Shown here piece after piece: positions 50,021 through 53,083 of a stretch of DNA of 53,083 nucleotides. Each line of letters begins with the position of its first letter. Position 1 is the stretch's first letter. The stretch lies in IMG/VR virus record IMGVR_UViG_3300029258_001854; one strand, 5' to 3'. Source of the stretch: a virus. The notes under the pieces were generated by a model. That model was given only the letters and a program-made list of their open reading frames with translations. It was not told the DNA's origin and did no database searches. The position numbers were made by a program, and so were the translations under genes.

Positions 50021-51331
50021 TCACACCGGATATGTTGTTGTGCCTAATATCGGCAATTGATTGGGAGCAGGAGTGACATCAGCAGCAGGAACTGTCATTG
50101 TAAAGCTAGTGACTCCATCGCCTGTGCTTGTATCAATTGTGGAATTTATTGCAGATCTTATGTCATCTAACGTAAGAACTTCACCAGGAGCAGCTTGAGT
50201 TTCAAATAACTGTGTCAAGTTCTGTGTTATGCTGGACTTCATGTTTGCAGTATTTGGAGTCAATGCTGTAAGAGTCACTGCAACACTAACAGTTGCTGCT
50301 TGTGCAACAATAACGTCATTATCAGATGTATCAGCAGGCTTTATTGCTAAAACTGCTTGCTTAACTTCATCAATCTTTGTAGTGCTGGGAATAGGAGGTG
50401 TGGAACCATCAACTAACGGGTAAATTGTCACTTGCCCAATATTAGGCGTTATTTCTTTTACATAGACTCTAGTTATGGAAGTAACTGCAAGTGCAACTGT
50501 CTCTATCTGTGCAACGTTAAAGTTAGCAACTGGCTTTCTCAATCTATCAAGCAGTCTCTTTCTAAGATCAGCATTGCTCTCTTGATCGGATCCACCACTT
50601 AGACCTAAAGGCCCAACCATGCCAAGATTGGTGATACCAGCAACTCCAGCTGTTAGACTAAGCCCAGTAAAAGCTGCAAGGTTTGTTGCTTTGCCTGTTG
50701 ATATAGATCGGATAGTCACTTCATTACTACTGAAACCAACAAGTGTGGTACCACTAGCAGGAACTGTTCCAGTAAGCGGAGCAGTAACAGTAAAAGTATT
50801 TACACCAGTTGTAGTTACTTGTCTGACGCCATCAAGCTGAGAATAGGATGAGAATGCGAAGTTGCAATCAGCACCAGTTGGAAGATAATGGTCATTATAA
50901 GTAACTGTGAATAAATCACCACTTCTAGTCCAAGTTGCTGGCTGTACTACTGTGAGCCTTAGGCCTGAAGAAGCAGTAGTTTCATACAAGTTGCCATTGC
51001 TATCAGTTAGAGATGTACCAGCAGGAATTAGTCCAGTGGGGAATACTGACCCTGTGTAATACCAGACTCCAGTTGAGCTATCTCCTGCCTTTCTCGAAAG
51101 GTTATAAATTGATGCCCAGCGCTCAATATAAAGGCTAGTCGTATCAGGGAATAGCTCTGTAATAAGCTGATTTATAGAGTGATAAAAGCTGTACACTCTT
51201 TCAGCAAATGCATCAGCTAATGTACCAAGCCACTCTCCAGCAATAAAAGGATTAGCAATCGGCAGATATGATCTAATATCTGCTTTGATTCTATCCCTAA
51301 CTTGCTTTGCATTATCAGGTAGATTCAGCAT
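50021..51331 (-). CDS. Baseplate J-like protein (Mu gp47-like)
   Basis: 436 aa. Its position and N-terminal pattern (RDRIKADIRSYLP...) fit the Baseplate_J family. Confidence 0.7.
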   Translation of the reverse strand: MLNLPDNAKQVRDRIKADIRSYLPIANPFIAGEWLGTLADAFAERVYSFYHSINQLITELFPDTTSLYIERWASIYNLSRKAGDSSTGVWYYTGSVFPTGLIPAGTSLTDSNGNLYETTASSGLRLTVVQPATWTRSGDLFTVTYNDHYLPTGADCNFAFSSYSQLDGVRQVTTTGVNTFTVTAPLTGTVPASGTTLVGFSSNEVTIRSISTGKATNLAAFTGLSLTAGVAGITNLGMVGPLGLSGGSDQESNADLRKRLLDRLRKPVANFNVAQIETVALAVTSITRVYVKEITPNIGQVTIYPLVDGSTPPIPSTTKIDEVKQAVLAIKPADTSDNDVIVAQAATVSVAVTLTALTPNTANMKSSITQNLTQLFETQAAPGEVLTLDDIRSAINSTIDTSTGDGVTSFTMTVPAADVTPAPNQLPILGTTTYPV

Positions 51332-51774
51332 TACTTACCCGTGCCATCCCAAATTGCGTAGTATTTTTCTTCAGTAGGGCCATCTGGACGCTCAATTGTT
51401 ACAGTGAAGTTGACCCTATTTTCGAGTATTTGTATTCTTGATCTAACTCTTGTAGCAATGCCTGTGGCTACAAAAGTTCTTTCCAGTGCTCTCTTTACCT
51501 CAGACTTTATGAGGTTTATATCCTTCTGAGTCAATCTTAACTGATTGTAGACCCAGAATCTTGATCCCACAGGCACAGGATTGTCTTGGTTCCCTATCCA
51601 CCCTCTTCTCAATTCAGGGATTTGTACCTGTCCTTCTTCTGCTCTTTCCTCAGAAAGAATAGTGTTTATAATTGCAGATTCAAAAGAATCTTCTGTTTCC
51701 AACTGGCCTTGGTCATCAAAACTGATATCATAATAAGAGCCAGTATGTGTTAGTTTGGCATCATGCTTAGGCAT
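51331..51774 (-). CDS. Baseplate protein (Mu gp46-like)
   Basis: DSFESAIINTILSEERAEEGQ...RRGWIGN...GSRFW resembles the GP46 family consensus. Confidence 0.7.
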   Translation of the reverse strand: MPKHDAKLTHTGSYYDISFDDQGQLETEDSFESAIINTILSEERAEEGQVQIPELRRGWIGNQDNPVPVGSRFWVYNQLRLTQKDINLIKSEVKRALERTFVATGIATRVRSRIQILENRVNFTVTIERPDGPTEEKYYAIWDGTGK

Positions 51775-52376
51775 TAGTTCTCCGGTATTGTGCCTTGCGT
51801 GCCACCACGCGTATGCCTATGCTCTGTTAAATCAACAACGCCATTGCTGTTTGTTACGTTTGTAGCTCCACCAAATGAAACATCACCAGTCAAAGTGGAT
51901 TGAAGATCAACCGTTAAGTTTGCATCTATTTCAACATTTGATTGAAATTGAGCAGTGCCTGCTACACCAAAAGTTCCAGTCACATCAAGGTCACCATTTA
52001 CCTGTGTGAGCGGGGCTGTAACATTAACCTGTACATCACTTGCTATATCAATTGTTCCATCTGCTTTGAAGTGCATCTTTGACTTTGTCGCAGGGTGATA
52101 TACAATCACCTCTCCAACTGCAACAGGGATTCTATCTTGTGCAGAGCTTGGAAAATCAACTCTCTCTTCTGGTCTAGCATTAGGAGAGACAACTAATGTA
52201 AAGCTATCAGGAGTTGGAACTGCATGGAACCCAAAAGGGAACCAAGGAACTGACTCGCCAAGTTTCCCTTTGTATTGGATTTGATGCTTAGGCATAGCAA
52301 ACCCATCACTACCAGGGGTGACGACAGCTGCTAATTTAATTAGACTCTGAAGTTTCTGTACTAAAGACAAAGTCAA
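51774..52376 (-). CDS. Baseplate spike/assembly protein (Mu gp45 / P2 gpV-like)
   Basis: 200 aa, TTG start preceded by AAAGGGG. Its position between the hub and gp46-like genes fits Mu order. Confidence 0.65.
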   Translation of the reverse strand: MTLSLVQKLQSLIKLAAVVTPGSDGFAMPKHQIQYKGKLGESVPWFPFGFHAVPTPDSFTLVVSPNARPEERVDFPSSAQDRIPVAVGEVIVYHPATKSKMHFKADGTIDIASDVQVNVTAPLTQVNGDLDVTGTFGVAGTAQFQSNVEIDANLTVDLQSTLTGDVSFGGATNVTNSNGVVDLTEHRHTRGGTQGTIPEN

Positions 52377-53083
52377 GTAGCCCCTTTTTGGCAGAGAAGG
52401 TTGCTTCTTCAGCAGCTAATTTGTATGAATTTTCATTTACAAGTTCTAGCGAACTAATAGCACCTTGAGGCCCATAGTTGAACTCAACAGAGTTGATAAG
52501 AAGATTATCACTTATTTGGGCATACTCATCAGAAACTTGAACTACAGTATTGGGCTCCCAAAGTTTATTTTCAGCATTTCTATAACCATAAACTTTGCAA
52601 CTATAAACTCTGCTTCTTGCCCTTCTTATGTTCTTTTCCCATTCTGCGCGCTCAGTCTGCTGTGAAGGGTCACCTGGGTTCTCACTAGTGAAGACATGCT
52701 GTCTTCCATTGCGTATCAAAACATCAAGTGTTTGTCCAGGTTCATCAACAGATTGATTTGCATCCTGCTTTGCAGAAAAGAAAAGTGAGGCAAGATTTCT
52801 GCTTGATTTTACACCATAAATATGGAATCTTTTGCTATTGTCATATTTGAATCTATAGCTCAGTATGTTGTTCTTGCTGTTATCGCTGACTTTGTTTATT
52901 ATAGGGCTTCTTACAAAATCAGGATCTGATCTGTATATTACAATATTTCCATTTGCATCAGAGTTCAAAAAAGCAGACTGCTTCTTAGCAAGCTTTTCAA
53001 GATACCCAAAGCAATTATCGCCAGGTTCAGGTGCTAAGTCAGAATCATTTTTAGTAAATTTAGCACCATCAGTCAGATCAATA
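52336..53083 (-). CDS. Baseplate hub protein, 3' part (same gene as 1..515)
   Basis: The tracked ORF 52336..52968 is open upstream to the window end. 52940-53083 duplicates 1-144. Confidence 0.8.
   Translation of the reverse strand, partial: IDLTDGAKFTKNDSDLAPEPGDNCFGYLEKLAKKQSAFLNSDANGNIVIYRSDPDFVRSPIINKVSDNSKNNILSYRFKYDNSKRFHIYGVKSSRNLASLFFSAKQDANQSVDEPGQTLDVLIRNGRQHVFTSENPGDPSQQTERAEWEKNIRRARSRVYSCKVYGYRNAENKLWEPNTVVQVSDEYAQISDNLLINSVEFNYGPQGAISSLELVNENSYKLAAEEATFSAKKGLLDFVFSTETSESN
52940..53083. repeat. 144-bp exact terminal overlap with 1-144 (circular closure or terminal redundancy)
   Basis: Direct comparison of the two ends: ACAATATTTCCATTTGCATC...CAGTCAGATCAATA appears at both. Confidence 0.95.

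Noticed and set aside
1-53083. Transposable (Mu-like) or temperate lifestyle
   Set aside because: Only the tail/baseplate gene order is Mu-like. I could not find a DDE transposase, a MuB-like ATPase, an integrase, an excisionase or a CI/Cro-like pair. The phage carries its own replisome and a TerS/TerL packaging pair. Sensitive HMM searches are still needed.
52940-53083. The 144-bp repeat as a mobile-element end or a genuine genomic duplication
   Set aside because: It occurs exactly at the two window termini and restores a continuous reading frame. That pattern is the signature of an assembler overlap on a circular or permuted molecule.

Overview
The window looks like one complete, circularly closed phage genome. 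Bases 1-144 are identical to 52940-53083, which leaves about 52,939 unique bp, and one gene reads across that junction. It has two transcription blocks.

(1) A late block of about 27.6 kb on the minus strand runs 16667 -> 1, wraps, and continues 53083 -> 41963. It encodes a PD-(D/E)XK nuclease, TerS, TerL, an HK97-type portal, a Mu F/SPP1 gp7-like head protein, a prohead protease, the major capsid protein and connector proteins. It then encodes a tail/baseplate set in phage Mu order: sheath, tube, a chaperone pair with a -1 frameshift, tape measure, gpN-like, and gp44/45/46/47/48-like proteins. A tail fibre, a 1539-aa beta-helix protein and a lysis cassette (amidase, membrane proteins, overlapped spanin pair) follow.

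(2) An early/middle block of about 24.5 kb on the plus strand (17324-41846) starts with many small, often zinc-ribbon, ORFs. It also holds a five-tRNA cluster interleaved with micro-ORFs, a recombination/replication module (AAA ATPase, SSB-like, AEP primase-helicase, Cas4-like nuclease, SF2 helicase), a nucleotide metabolism/modification cluster (FAD protein, ThyX-like, HAD phosphatase, DUF1599-like, methyltransferase), a DnaQ-like exonuclease, DnaE-type polymerase and an ATP-dependent ligase.

I found no transposase, integrase, repressor, reverse transcriptase or CRISPR array. The spanins suggest a Gram-negative host.

The most unusual content is non-coding:
- a dyad-repeat array next to an A/T-rich block at the divergent junction
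- a 260-nt GC-rich segment closed by a 20-bp helix
- four intercistronic two-hairpin elements with compensatory stem changes
- a conserved SD + stop + ATG initiation cassette
- a CGCTATAAT promoter family
- a 100-nt rod-like hairpin in the tRNA cluster
- a repeated structured element at two module ends

Base composition is visibly mosaic: a GC-rich island at about 16.8-22.8 kb sits in an AT-rich genome.

All protein calls rest on motifs and gene order read by eye. I ran no database search, so family names need HMM confirmation.
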